Of a stretch of 64,000 nucleotides of DNA, positions 12,211 to 23,900 are shown piece by piece (the stretch's first letter is position 1; the number at the start of each line of letters is the position of its first letter). The position numbers were made by a program, and so were the translations under genes. The notes below the pieces were generated by a model that did not search any database, was not told the DNA's origin, and was given only the letters and a program-made list of their open reading frames with translations. The stretch covers positions 64,546,312 through 64,610,311 of the forward strand of contig NC_081363.1 of the NCBI RefSeq assembly GCF_030684315.1, in the 5' to 3' direction. This stretch comes from Stegostoma tigrinum (taxonomy: Eukaryota).

Positions 12211-12440
12211 CCCTAAGTCTACAGATCTAGCTTAAATGACTTGTTAAGAATGCTACGCGGGGCACTCAAACAGAAAACTTATACGAAAAATAAGATCGCC
12301 GTCTGATTAGATTTTCTTGTTGCTTCAGGCCGCCTGCAGGATTCGCTTCTTGAATTGAAGGCTGTGGCTCTCTTATTAAATTGAAACTTTGTTTTAACAT
12401 TCGCTGAAAACTGCAGTAAAAGGAAACGTCCTCGCAGCTG
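12180..12440 (-). promoter_or_regulatory. Putative CpG-retaining promoter of the microprotein gene
   Basis: Local CpG retention (e.g. cgcgacg, cgcgg, cgccg); TATA-like ATTTAAG at 12231-12237 on the minus strand. Confidence 0.4.
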
Positions 12441-12541
12441 TTTCTGAAAATACTGATTAGCAATGAGTATTGTCAAATATGATATTCTCGTTAAGATGAA
12501 CCTTGCACATAAATGTTAGAAATGACTTGGACGTAAACCTA

Positions 12542-12890
12542 CATAATCGTACCAGACCATAGGGCAGCCCTCATATAAGGAGCGATGACCGACGGTGGTT
12601 TAACCTGAGGGTCACCATTGCTCACGTGAGGGGAGATAGCCAGAGTCATATAGGATGGAAACATTGGCCCATATCCCTCAAAGCCTTTCCTATTCATGTA
12701 CCTGCCCAAATGTCTTTTAAATGTTGCGACTGCACTTGCCCGTACCACTTCCTCTGGCAGTTTATTCTACCTATGAACCACCTTCAGTGAGAGTCGTTCA
12801 TGGTAACTTCACCTGGTACAGGAATTGAACCCACCACAATGCTGGACTTCCTCTGGCTCACAAATTGGTTAACCAGACAACTGATGCCCA
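12542..12890 (-). mobile_element. tRNA-derived SINE split by a CR1 3' fragment (~12643-12785)
   Basis: B-box-like GGTTCAATTCC on the minus strand at ~12821-12831; the CR1 piece reads ATFKRHLGRYMNRKG. Confidence 0.55.
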
Positions 12891-13024
12891 AACTGTCTGC
12901 AAGAATCCTAGCCATATGGCCGCTAAGGGAATTTGCTGAGTACTTGTCCCAAAATAACAATGGCTTCTTCTCTTTCGAGAAATAAAGTAATAAGTGCAGC
13001 AGTTGGCATCTCAGGGAGACTGTA

Positions 13025-13390
13025 TGGTTGTGGTACTGTCAGGGGGCTGGTACATTCAGGGCATTTCCCGCTACTGCAGCTGGTGAAATTTAAATTCGAT
13101 AATTAATTCTGAAATTTAAAGCTAGTCTCAGTTACCGTGCCACAAAACTCCCATTTGATCATCACAAAATGCATGCGTTGAGTATATGCCCTTTAAGAGA
13201 AGGAAATCTGCCATCCTTACCTGGGACTAACCTACACATCATTCCAAATCCACAGCAATGTGGTTGACTGTTAACTGCTCTGCAAAATTACCAAGCAAGC
13301 CATTCAGTTCAGGGACAGTTAGAGAAGCACTACAAATTCCGTCCCAGCTAGTGAACCCACACCCCATGAAAGAATAAGGAGGAAAAAAAA
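13025..13390 (+). mobile_element. SINE-like repeat sharing its 3' tail with the 25150-27830 LINE family
   Basis: ggaaatctgccatccttacctgg core (also at ~15008) and a ..cccatgaaagaataa poly-A end. Confidence 0.6.
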
Positions 13391-16204
13391 ACCCACATGT
13401 TGATCCTCTGATTTAAAAAAACTGCGATCTGGGCCATTCAGTCTCTCAATACTGTTCCACCCTTCAATAATATCAAGGTTGATCTGTAACTTAATCCCAC
13501 ATGTGTAATTATTTATATTACTTCACCAGGAAGTTTACTGAGGTCATTAATATTCATTTCCCATCACTCATGTCCTGTTCAAATCAATGGGGATGGTGAA
13601 CTTGCTGGATTTATGCTATTTCTATTAATGGCACCATAACAACATCGACCTGAAGGTGAATGGTGTGGGTGACCTATCAACAATGTCACTTATGGATGTC
13701 ATATGCCTTTCAACCTGGAAAGCAAACAAAGGGGCCGATGAGCTATGCAATCTTGCCCTGGACGGTCCAGAAATTCTAGCATTTTGTTTTCAAACATAAT
13801 CTGACAATCTACTTTGTCAATCCAGCCATCCAAAATCCTGCTAGCGCTATGGTAGTAGTTTAAAACAACTTTCTTTCTACACTCTGAAGGGAGCTAATGT
13901 GGTGCGAAGCCTTATTCACTAGCTATTCTAGTTTTTATTATCGAGAGGATAGAAGAGGAGCAAAGGAAGTAAGCACAAATGGGACAACAAAGTCCAGATA
14001 CCGTGCAATCTCATTCCGACGTAACATTCCTCAGCAGGCCGCCTGTAGGGAATGAAACAATGTCTGAGATACGCCGACTCCGCTTCAAAGGAAATGATCA
14101 GTTCTTAGTGTGAGACGCAGCATTGGAAACAACTTCCCAAGCTACCGTTAGAAGATGACAATAGTTCTTAATCTCTACAAAGCTGGTTCCTTCTAGGCAG
14201 CCTCTAACATTACCAAGATGCTGTGAGAATCAACATTGACAAGGTCACATTTGATATTCTACATATTGAAGCATGTGGCTTCATCGAACTTCAACTTTAT
14301 TTAGTCATAATAAAGACACAGGTCCATTCATAGGATCGCTGCTTTCCCCAAAGTCCAAGGAACTGTACATGGGACCCCTAAATCATCGATAAGGCACTCA
14401 TTTTCACTACTAGGAAAAGCTACCTTTCTCCAATTGGACTATTTGTACGGAATGTACAACCTCGCATGCTGCAGCGAAATTCTGCTGCAGATACTGAAAT
14501 GACTCAGCAGGCCGTGATATGAGTCAGTGGTCCAGGTTGTAATCTGAGTATTTACAGTAAATTGCACATCCTGCATATTAATTCAGGGTTCAGGGTGCAA
14601 ACAATGCTTTTATGCCCTCATTCCAACATCCACGATTTGTTCAGTTGGAAGGGACACAAATGATTTGTATTTTTACAACACTTCATGACATCAGGTCAAA
14701 GCACTTAACACAATGAAATATTTTTGAAGTACTGTCACTGCTGTTGAGTAAAAACGTAGCTTCGTGGGAAAGACAGATTAATCAGGAAGGCCTCGATAAT
14801 GGAAGGTTGTTCTTGATATGTTTTGATCTTTTGAGGAAGTAATCAGGACCATTAATGAGAGTAATGAATTTGTTGTGGTCTACATGGAGTTTACTAAGAC
14901 TTTTCATGAGGTCAGTCAAAGTAGATTGATCTACAAAGTAACTGCCCATGGGATTCAATAGAAAAGTGGTATTATCACTGAACTAGCAATCTGGAACCAG
15001 TCTGGAGGGAAATCTGCCATCCTTACCTGGTTTGACCTATGTGACTCCAGGCTAAAGTACTGGTCAAGCCAGTGATGCCCATATCCTATGAACCAAGTGT
15101 ATTTTTAAAATTAACCTGCATGTCCTTGGGCCTCATGAATGAAAGGGTTGCCAGAGATTGGCTATTGGAGACTCATTTGGTCCCACAACGATAACCACAT
15201 CCCTACATCCATACAAATTTCACCAGTAGAATGGAAAGGAGGAGAAATCCCACAATTTTTCTTGGAGTGATTCCATGTGGTGTTGTTAATATGCAAGAGG
15301 ACAGGCAAGATTGAAACTTTTAATTGAAATAATTGAACTTGTCTTCCTGTAAGTTCAACAGTCAACTGCAACAATTTAAATGTAAACATGGCCAAAGAAT
15401 CTGTAAGCTCTCACCAGGAATCAACAAAAAATATACAGTCTAATTTTACACTAAGCGTAAAATATCTTGGGATTTCATAAACAATGGTAAGAAAATAGCA
15501 TATACAGTACTTACTACGACAAAATAGTTCCCATGTTAAGCTGCAGGAATACATTGAATTGTAGTGATGTAACAGCACTTTTAAATGCATATTGACAATT
15601 AGTCTCTTTAAAAACAGGAAAACATCTCAAAACAGTTTCTTATAACATTACCAAGAGCAACAATATCAAAAATGATTTTTTTAAAAAGAAAATAACGCCG
15701 TTTTGGAGCAGCAGCATAAACAACAGCAGTAACTGTGAGAAGTGCTAAAACTATTTATGTTCGCTGTCTGAAGTAAATCTGTGGGTGTGAGTGTAGAAAA
15801 TGAATTCCACATAAAAGAGGGAACTCCTGCCTCAAGTGTGTACAAACCCTACTGTCTTGGGCATAGCTCTCGTGACTCTCGATCAAAATTAAGAGATGTG
15901 GGAGCTAGGTTCTGGATTTTGCTCAGTGTCTTGGGGATTAGGTGACTTTTTCTCCTTGAGCAGCTGTTGCTGTTTGCATCATTGAAAATTGGGCCTCACC
16001 AATCAGGCTATTCAAGGTCTGTCCGCCTGGTACAAAGCCTCAGTGCTGAAGAAGTTGGTCTTCAGGACTGCTGTTTTCTGCTCATCAGCAGCATATGGTG
16101 GCAGTGAACAATAGGATCCCAGCATTGCATGTAGGAGAGTCTCCAGATAGCTCTTATGCTTTCGGCACCTTTAGAAACTCCTTTATGCACACCTCCCTCC
16201 TCAA

Positions 16205-16480
16205 GTTAGAAGTAGGAATAGACCATTAGGCGACTCGAGTCAGCTTGGCCATGTAATAACATCATGGCTGATTTGACTGTGACTCCTACTTATCTTTGTA
16301 TCCAATAGCCTTTGAAAATTTAAAGGGGTTTTAACAAATTTGTCAATCTTGTCAAACAAAAATCTATCTAATGTAATCTAAAAATATTCAATGACCCTTC
16401 CTCCACTGCTGTCTGAGGAAAAGAATCTAGGCATTTGATGCCATCTTTGGAACTTCTTTCCCAAATCCCTCACTTTAAAT
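16205..16480 (-). mobile_element. CR1 3' end fragment
   Basis: gtaggaatagaccatt..atcatggctgat..cctccactgct, the reverse complement of a CR1 3' UTR. Confidence 0.55.
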
Positions 16481-16699
16481 GCATTTTTAGCACAAACTCC
16501 AAGATACATCGTGGCTTGAGGTTACCTTAGCTCTCTACCAATCCCCAACCTTAGTTTCATTGCTATTGATGAAAATTAAAGTTTGGTTTCAATTCCCGAA
16601 TTTTTCCACATCTCTACTGGACTATACTGCATTATACCATTATCATTATCTCTTATACTGCAAGACTTACCTGCTTTGTCATTTTATTCAACCAAGGAT

Positions 16700-17365
16700 G
16701 CAGGCATCATTTACAAAGCCAGCACTTACTAACTCACATCTTAACTGTTCTTGAAAAGGCGGTGGTGAGCCACCGAGTATTACAGTAGCACTGTTAGGCA
16801 GTGAGTTATTTCCTGGATTTTAAACTAGAAACAATAAAGAATTGGTGATATTGTACCAAGTCAGAATGGTATGTGACCAGAGGGGAATTGCAGGTGGTGG
16901 TGTTTACATGTATCTGCTGCCCTTGCCTTCTATGTTGCAGAGACCATGTAATCGCAAAGTGCTGTCAAATAAACTTTGGTGAATTCCTGCACTGCATTTC
17001 ATAGATGGTACATATTTGCAGCACTGTGTATCAGTGGCGGAGTCATTAAATATTTGATTTGAATGGGCTGTGGATCAAGAAGTGCCAAATTTCTTGTGTG
17101 TTTTTGGAGCTGCGCTTATCCAAGAGCACGGAAAGTACAACATCACATTCTTGATTCATACCTTGCAGATGGTGGACAGGCTTTGGACAATCAGGAAGTG
17201 GTTTATTTGCTGTGGAATACAAAACAAATAATATTTACACCACACACGTACTAGGCAGCGACAACCTCCAGCAAGAAAAATTCCAACCCTCTCCTCTTGG
17301 GATTCAATGACATTTTCATCACTGAATGTGCATTATTATCAACTTCTTGGGAGTTACCATTATCC
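16700..17365. mobile_element. Degenerate fragments of the second LINE family
   Basis: cttgaaaaggcggtggtgagcc..ccaagtcagaatggt..atctgctgcccttg matches the 43140 copy; 17240-17365 is a plus-strand piece. Confidence 0.6.
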
Positions 17366-17522
17366 AGAAATTAAAGTCAAAATCAGGATAATTATATTGT
17401 TTTGTTCCCCTTACCTTCTATTCCTTTTTATACTCCGTCACCACTACCAACAGTCTACCAAGACAGCAAATCAAAAGCTGCTGATTGTTATAGATATGCT
17501 CACTGATTTTTTTCTCAGAAAA

Positions 17523-17528
17523 TTTATT
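17523..17528 (-). terminator. Candidate AQR polyadenylation signal AATAAA
   Basis: First AATAAA on the minus strand after the stop (~185 nt downstream), before repeat-derived sequence begins. Confidence 0.5.
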
Positions 17529-17711
17529 AAAACATCTTTGAAGTTACAAAATAGATTGTTCAAAATCTCAAAATTACAACTGAAACTGTGACAACACTTG
17601 AGAATACTGAATAATGTTCTATATAAAGAGTCTGGCAAGTTACAAAATGAGATGTCCAACTTCTAGATGGCCATTCATTTGAACCTTTATCATTTTTGGT
17701 GCAAGGAACCA

Positions 17712-17915
17712 TCAGCTTTCTTTGTCTTCTTCAGTTCCACTGCCCTCACTATCACTGTCCCTGCCAGGATGCTCAGGCATTTGCTTAAAGTCCTCCTCTG
17801 TAGTCTCTTCATCTTTATTCTCAGGGACTGATTCCTCTGTTTCTTCTACATTGTCAATATCTGGAACAGGAGCTGGTTCTTTAATTGACTGGGGCACTGG
17901 TGGTGGAAGTAACTG
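17712..17915 (-). CDS. AQR: AQR terminal coding exon ([14 protein letters not shown]...[22 protein letters not shown])
   Basis: Long T tract plus ctgcag acceptor, phase 0, TGA at 17712-17714; acidic low-complexity tail. Confidence 0.85.
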   Translation of the reverse strand, partial: QLLPPPVPQSIKEPAPVPDIDNVEETEESVPENKDEETTEEDFKQMPEHPGRDSDSEGSGTEEDKES

Positions 17916-20900
17916 CTGCAGACATTAAAAAAAAAGTACATAGTGAATATCTGTACTAACACAAAAACTGCAAATGATGTATGTCCTATGCATTGGCTCT
18001 GTTAATATCAAAGGAACATCAAGCAACTGTGGGAACATAAGATGTAACAACCATTATGACAGAAAACAATCTCCAAGCTTTTAAATGTACAAATCCACAT
18101 TTAGAAATGTTAACATCATACTCATTAAGTGACTCGAATTTTTCAAATGTGACTTGTAAACCCTTACTACTCCTGAATACGGGACGATACAGTGAGAATC
18201 TGCATTTAACATTTGAAAAATTAAGCTTTCACTTCCTAGCACAGTTATTTTCATTTATATATTGCAGTACAAATGAGGCAAGCTGGAAAATCATTGCATA
18301 AAGAGATCTTGTGTGGCAAGATGTCAGATTTTTTTTCGTATTAGTTAAATGAAGAAATCATCTGTGCAGAAAAGGGAAAAAATGGTGAAATTACAAATTG
18401 CTTCCCGACGTCATGGGACAAACAAAAATACTATGGACAGAATACCGGCTATCTTATCAATCTGCCTCATTTGTATTTATGTTGTAGATAGCCCTTGAGA
18501 CGGATGACTTACCAACTTGATTTATTTTAGTGCCTTTAGCAGTGAAGCACAATATATTTCACAGAATTGTTCAATAAAGTTTGACAGTTAATTGGAAAGT
18601 GCAATTTTTATCCAGTAAGATGCACTTGAAGTTTTTCTCAAACCTAAATGCCTCTTGTGGTGCAGCTTTTATGATTGCCAAGTAATGTTGTGGGGACCTG
18701 GATTTGAATCCCACCATGGCAGATGGTGGAATTTGAATTCAATGTAAAAAAAATCTGGAATTAGCATCTAACAATGACCTTGAATCAACTATCAATTGTC
18801 AGAAAATCCATCTGGTTCACTAATGTCCTTATCAAGCGTCTCCTGGAAATCCAAAAATATTCTCTCTATCATTTGGCTTTTATCTATCCTGCCAGTTACC
18901 ACCTCAAGAAGTTCTAAGAAATCTTTCAGACACTATCTTCCCTTCATGAAGCCATGCTGATTCTGCTTGATTACAGCGTATTTCCAAATGCTCCTTACAT
19001 TCTTTATACTAGACTCTAGATTTTCTCCCCCCAGCAGTGTCGGACAGATATGCTATCTGGCCTCTATAGTTACCTTTTTTTTTGTCTCTTCCCTAACTGA
19101 ATCAGCATGTAACAATGGCAATTTTCCAATCCACCAGGAAATCATTTTCCAGAATCCAAGGGTCTTTTATTCTGATATATTTTCTTAAACCTGCCCCATT
19201 ACACATCACCAGATCCAAAACAGCCTGATCCGGGGTTAAATCCACAACATATTGTCCTAGGAAACTGTCCTGAACTCAGAATTCTTCCTTGAGATTCTCT
19301 CTGCCAATTTGACTTTCCCAATCTACCTGAAGATTAAAAGTCACCCCTGATTAATGCACTACCTTTTTTACTTCCTCTTATTATATCCTGATTTATTCTG
19401 TGGTACAATATAGCAACTGTTAAGGGGCCTATAGATTATTCCTACCAGTATCTTCTTCCCCTTTCTTTCCTTTACCCACATGGTTCTACATCTTCCAATC
19501 CAAGATCTTTCTTACTTTTGTACTTAGTCCATTCTGTACCACCAAAGTTACCCTGTCACCCTTACCTCCTTGTCCTTTTGAAAAGTCACATAACCCTGAA
19601 TATTTAGTTCAAAACTTTGATCTCCTTGTAGACATTGCAGAAACGTCGTCACAAGACCATACATACAAACCTCTATTTGTGCTGTTAATTCATTTTATTC
19701 CAAATACCCTGAGCATTCAAGTAAACAGCCAATAATTTTGCCTTTTTACTCTTTTCCCCTCCCCTTTGATCCTACTGACTACTATTATTCTACATTTATA
19801 CACACTGTTCATTCCTGTCCCATTTGGTTTCATTATCCAAATAATAGCAGTGTAATGTTGTCACATTCATTTGCATTCTAAGCCTACATTTTCTCTCTCC
19901 CATATCCTTCCCCTCCTCTAATTAGTTTAAAGCCATTTCAAGCACATAAATGAGAAAGGTAGATGAACAAGAAAATTAACAGGCTAATCACTTAAACTAT
20001 TTGCAACAGTACTCTTACAAGAAGCTCTTGTAACTAGTTGAGAGTCTACTGTTCACCTGACACACAGAATTCAGCTGCATAAACAGAGTGGAGTGGGAAA
20101 TAAAAACACCTCTTTACCTTTCTGTATTGGTGCATATTCTGAATCATCTGCATATACATATTATAAACGAAGTTTGCCATCTCAGGCATGTTTTTGATAA
20201 CTCTCATCAAATGGGTTGGAATATTACCATTCTGAAAAAAAAATCAGATGTGACCAATGGTTACAGTAGAACATTTGTAAAGCTACAGGTAAAAGCCATG
20301 TTGCACAGAAAAATCATTTATCATTTAGGAGAAATTACCCTTCTGTTTGTTGGGTGATACTCAGATGGCACAATGTGTAGCTGAAGGGGTCGAGCTGTTA
20401 GCTGATTAAAGGCTGGCGTAAGCTCAAAGCAGTTCTGGAACAGCGATACTCTTGCAAAGATGTAAAGCCCAAGCCTGGCTCTTGACATGGCAACAACTAA
20501 TCGCCGAACATCTCTGGTTGTGATGGAAGACTTTGGTTAATATCTTGATAATTGCAGGTTTGCTGCTGTTAAACCTACCCAGTTTAAAATAAATTAAAAT
20601 GCCTCTAATAAATATAATTTCAGCAAAGGTGCTTTGGCCCCAAAATAAATTCAAAACTGGTGGCAGCAAACTTCAAATTACAAGCTGACAATTCATGGCT
20701 ATACAGCATTGATGAAATAGGTCAGTCACATAACGATGTACTGTATCATATTTAAAAATGTTAACCTAATTTTTAAATTGACAATGTACGCTTTCAGTAT
20801 AAATTGAATTTCAATTTTAATATATTGTGCTCCTAAACGTCTATGAAGATGCAAATTACAAACACGAGCTCGGCATTTGGTTAATCAGGTTATCCCTAAG

Positions 20901-23900
20901 CTGATTGTGACCTTAATTTTACTTTCCTGTCTGTCTTAAATAATCTTTGGTTCCCTCGTCAATCAAGAATCTAAGTCAGACTTTAAATATTTAATGATGC
21001 AGACTTCACTGCTCTCCAGCAACGAGAATTCCACAGCCTAACAAACATGGAAAGAAAAAATTCTCATCAGAATAATGAGAATGTTCACAATATGCTGTTA
21101 GGACTTATCCCTTAATAAGATGAAAGATACTGGATTGTCCAACTCAACTTACCAGCATCTCTAATGATAAATGGGTCATTTAAATTATGTTATGACAAAT
21201 GAAATTTAAAATTAGAGACAAGGTTTTCACTTTAAATAGCACCAACAATATCTATGCCTTGCACAGCACAAACAACCAATAAAACACAGTTTCAGATTAG
21301 CAGCTTTTGTTTCTCAAGTCAGTCATTTCAGTTAGACTTGGTATGGTTCAATTTTCAGGTGTTAAAGTCAATGAAACATTTTCTAAATTATATCCAGGGT
21401 TCTAGTGTTGCACATGGTATTGGCTCATGGGCATTTGGCATCAATTTATGATGAAAATCATGTTCATACAGATTGATAACTTGCTACTGAAGTACTATCT
21501 TACCATAGGTATACTTCCATTCTAAGACAAATTTAGTCACTACTCTTCTACATAGATTACTGATAGAGTTAACCAATCTTGAACCCAATCAGTTTTGCCA
21601 CTGGAATTTCTTTGATCTGTGTGACTGCCAAGTGAAGGGAAGATTAACCATTCTTGGAAAGTGAATTCCATGACATAAAATTATAAAGGCTAAAAATACA
21701 GGCCAGCATAGCAAGCTAGGATAACATTGTTATCAGTTTGATTCCATTCCAGATATTTAACAGTTAAACATCTTCTTGATTCTCTAAAGATGACTTTAAG
21801 AAAAATAAGATCCCAACATGTTACAATACTTCCGCAAATTTACACTGCAGTTTTATCATTTTTTAAAAATTTTTTCTTTCAATCTCTAATTTCTTTTGAC
21901 ACCACATTGAATTGCAGGAATAGCAACCTGGTAATTGAATGAAATTGTGTACTGCATCCTGGTATCACAGGCATTTTTTGGAAACTGATATACCAGACAT
22001 CGATGAGACTCTGGAACACTGCTAATGACTAGAGGATATGAAGAAATGATAGCTTTAGAAGTTAAATCCACCAAAATGCTTTCAATGAGATCACTGAAAA
22101 GATTTACTTCAGGATGCCTAAACAATTTTGTAAATATTTGTATCAGTTTTATAATGGTATCATTCATTATCAACTCATCTTGTGGCTCATTAGTGATCAG
22201 AAATCATGTCACACACTATACCTTAGATGTCCAACAGCCTTAGTTCGTACCAATGAGAGGATAATATAGTCATTCTGTTGTCCCTGGAATCTGTCCACCG
22301 TGGTGACCTAGAAGGAGAAAAATCTCTGCGTTTTTGAACAGAAAACTTGGGAGAAGGTAGCAAGATTAAGGGAAATCAATTCCCTGGTCATGTAAAGGCT
22401 TAATATGATGTATGTCAATTAATTTTCAATAAAATCCAATAACAGAAATAAGTAACACACATTGAAACATACTTCAGAGTTGGTAACTCCAGACCTCATG
22501 AGTCAGACTATGACAAAACAAAATCGACATGATTCATCTCAACAAACAGCTTCAAACGGATCAAAAACAGAAGTTGTTGGAAAAGCTCAGCAAATCTGGC
22601 AGAATCTGTGAAGAAAAAAAATCAGAATTAATGTTTTGGGTCTACTGACCATTCCTCAAAACTCCAGAACTGTTCTAAGGAAGGGCCATCGGACCCAAAA
22701 CATTAACTCTGATTTTCTCTTCACAGATGCTGCCAGACCTGCTGAGCTTTACCAGCAACTTCTGTTTTTGTTCCTGATTTACAGCATCCGCTGTTCTTTG
22801 GGGTTTTTTTCAAGCTTTAAAAGGATGATTGGTCTTTGTTCGTTCCATGTATTCAGATTGCATAAATTGCATGACTGCACAGTCTTCAATCACAAAATAA
22901 TTTGTCCACAAATTTGTTGTTATTAATTTGAAGAGGACAGGTTAGCTTCATCAGACACTTAAAGAAATATTTCCTTTCCTCTGCACAGCTCTCACTTTAG
23001 TTCTTCTAATACAAACAGCCAGAGACGTGTTTGACACAACTAGCTGCACACAAATACACCCACTCCAACCCCCAACACACCAAAAGAAAATGTTCACTTC
23101 CACTTGGTGTTTCTCTGCGCAATATGACTGAAATTAAGGTATTAGTGCCAATGAGCAAATGACTTACGCAAACTCTACACGCACTACATCATATGTTATA
23201 CATTTGGTAATTTTCTTTTATATAAAAAAACTTGCAAAAAGTCACTATCCTCGAAATAAATCAGGAGATCTGTGTTACAAGATTTGAAAATAAATCTTAC
23301 CTTGCTTGGTCGTCCTATAAGAGGATTACCGCCACAACGCTGATTGACAACATCACGAATCAAATGCTTCTGACCATTGTATGTTGTTAAGATGCTGATT
23401 CTTTCGGCAGGGTACCCTAGCAAGCGCATGTACATAAAAAGGGCCACTGAATATTCAGCCTCTGCCAGATTCTGTCAAGGGTTTGATGAGTGACAGTTTT
23501 AATTTCAAAAGGGCAATCAATACAAAGTAAAAACCATCAGTCAAATATTTTCCAAATTCTTTATAGAATGCCAAAAGGGCTTCGGTGCAAAAATCATCAG
23601 GATGCAAAATATTTCAATAACCCGTCTTCTATATAGGTCAATCAGGTTATAGACATTTGAAACATTGGGAATGTAACACAATTATTTACCTGGTAAAAAT
23701 ATGGATTGGGCTCAGATTCTCCAATTCCATTGAAATCCTCCACATTAATAAGTTGGAAATCGTACACTAAACCGGCATTGGCAGTACAAAATTCAGGCAA
23801 GATCTGGACGTGGGGAAGGTTGCCTAGTTTCTTGTAACGCCAGTTGTAAAGATTGCACAAACTTAAAGAAAAGAGTAAATGTTAGTAATACAGTGCAGAT

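Noticed and set aside
15845-16200. Coding-looking minus-strand stretch (..CRKHKSYLETLLHAMLGSYCSLPPY..)
   Set aside because: Stops in all frames, no convincing splice sites and no recognisable homologue. It could be a decayed pseudogene or TE, but only a blastx search could show that.
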